A stretch of DNA of 6,075 bases from a virus: positions 1 to 6,075 of IMG/VR virus record IMGVR_UViG_3300020030_000065. The stretch is one strand, 5' to 3'. Shown one piece after another: positions 5,600 through 6,075 of this stretch. The notes below the pieces were generated by a model, which saw nothing but the letters and a program-made list of their open reading frames with translations, searched no databases and had not been told where the DNA came from. Within the stretch, counting starts at the first letter, position 1. Every line of letters starts with the position of its first letter. The position numbers were made by a program, and so were the translations under genes.

Positions 5600-6075
5600 T
5601 TAGACCATACGGTTAAATATATTATTAGCATCATTAAGCTTCTTATGCTTAATCATATCACGACAGAATGTTGCACTACGGAACCTGAGTTGGTCAAGGA
5701 TCTGAATTGTTTCACGTGAAATATTCGACAAGACATCAATCTCTTGCCCGTTCTGAGGCAACGCAAACATACAATCTGAGATTTCAGGGTATTGGGCACG
5801 GATGTTATATGCATCTCGTAGACTTTCATAATTTTTTTTCGTCTCATATTCTATTCCAGTTTTGACGATAAACATAATACGATTGGCATAAGGATCAAGA
5901 TTATCACCGATGGAAGGCAGATGCCAATTCCTAAGAAACTTACTGACATGAAGGAATAGCCGATACAACTTATTAATATAAGATTTAATATCGACATCAG
6001 AAGAACTGTTACAGAGCCGAGTAAGGCACCGAGCATTATGTAATATAATTTCGTCTTCATTGGTTAGGTGATGAT
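5600..6075 (-). CDS. VP4: VP4, 3' part. 5955-6075 duplicates 1-121, the first complete codon in this copy starts at 6073, and the stop TAA is at 5602-5600.
   Basis: The track ORF 5600..5968 (MYRLFLHVSKFLRNW...) has its M at a TTG that is really Leu-438 of VP4. My translation from the left edge ends ...SYINKLYRL-F and joins ...LHVSKFLRNWHLPS in the same frame across the circle junction. Confidence 0.93.
   Translation of the reverse strand, partial: HHLTNEDEIILHNARCLTRLCNSSSDVDIKSYINKLYRLFLHVSKFLRNWHLPSIGDNLDPYANRIMFIVKTGIEYETKKNYESLRDAYNIRAQYPEISDCMFALPQNGQEIDVLSNISRETIQILDQLRFRSATFCRDMIKHKKLNDANNIFNRMV
5955..6075. repeat. Terminal redundancy, right copy (identical to 1-121)
   Basis: Same comparison as the left copy. 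The offset between copies is 5,954 nt. Confidence 0.98.

Noticed and set aside
1-6075. Alternative genetic code (stop-codon reassignment) as an explanation for the fragmented ORFs at 182-1355
   Set aside because: It is unnecessary. Under the standard code VP4 reads open for 559 codons once the correct frame and circular junction are used, and VP1, VP2, the peptidase and the 147-aa gene are all intact.
1-6075. CRISPR arrays, IS elements or transposase, integrase, toxin-antitoxin or defence genes
   Set aside because: None is visible. The only repeats are the 121-nt assembly overlap and the short 8-nt direct repeat. Every large ORF is accounted for by canonical microvirus functions plus the lysis module.

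Overview
The window is one complete, circularly permuted genome of a small ssDNA phage of the family Microviridae. Bases 1-121 recur exactly at 5955-6075, so the unit circle is 5,954 nt.

All credible genes are on the minus strand and tightly packed. In transcription order after the only intergenic region (1901-2288):
- a 64-aa orphan (1900-1706)
- a 27-aa single-TM peptide (1716-1633)
- a 102-aa zinc peptidase of the M15 type (1636-1328)
- the rolling-circle replication initiator VP4 (starts at 1325, runs off the left edge, wraps and stops at 5600; 559 aa)
- major capsid protein VP1 (5584-3845)
- an acidic 147-aa VP3-like protein (3832-3389)
- the pilot/minor capsid protein VP2 (3392-2289)

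VP4 is missing from the supplied ORF track because it is split by the window ends. The track ORFs listed between 182 and 1355 are off-frame or antisense shadows of it.

AT-rich leaders without Shine-Dalgarno motifs and a near-consensus Bacteroides-type promoter suggest a Bacteroidetes host (gut Alpavirinae-like microvirus). That assignment is tentative.

Observations worth a second look:
1. A muralytic peptidase plus tiny membrane peptide lysis module in a microvirus.
2. A ~54% GC, hairpin-dense, ORF-free island (2011-2288) inside an otherwise AT-rich genome.
3. A phiX174-origin-like AT motif inside the VP4 coding sequence.
4. An unusually open +1 frame across the VP4 catalytic core.

No tRNA, rRNA, CRISPR array, IS element or integrase is visible.
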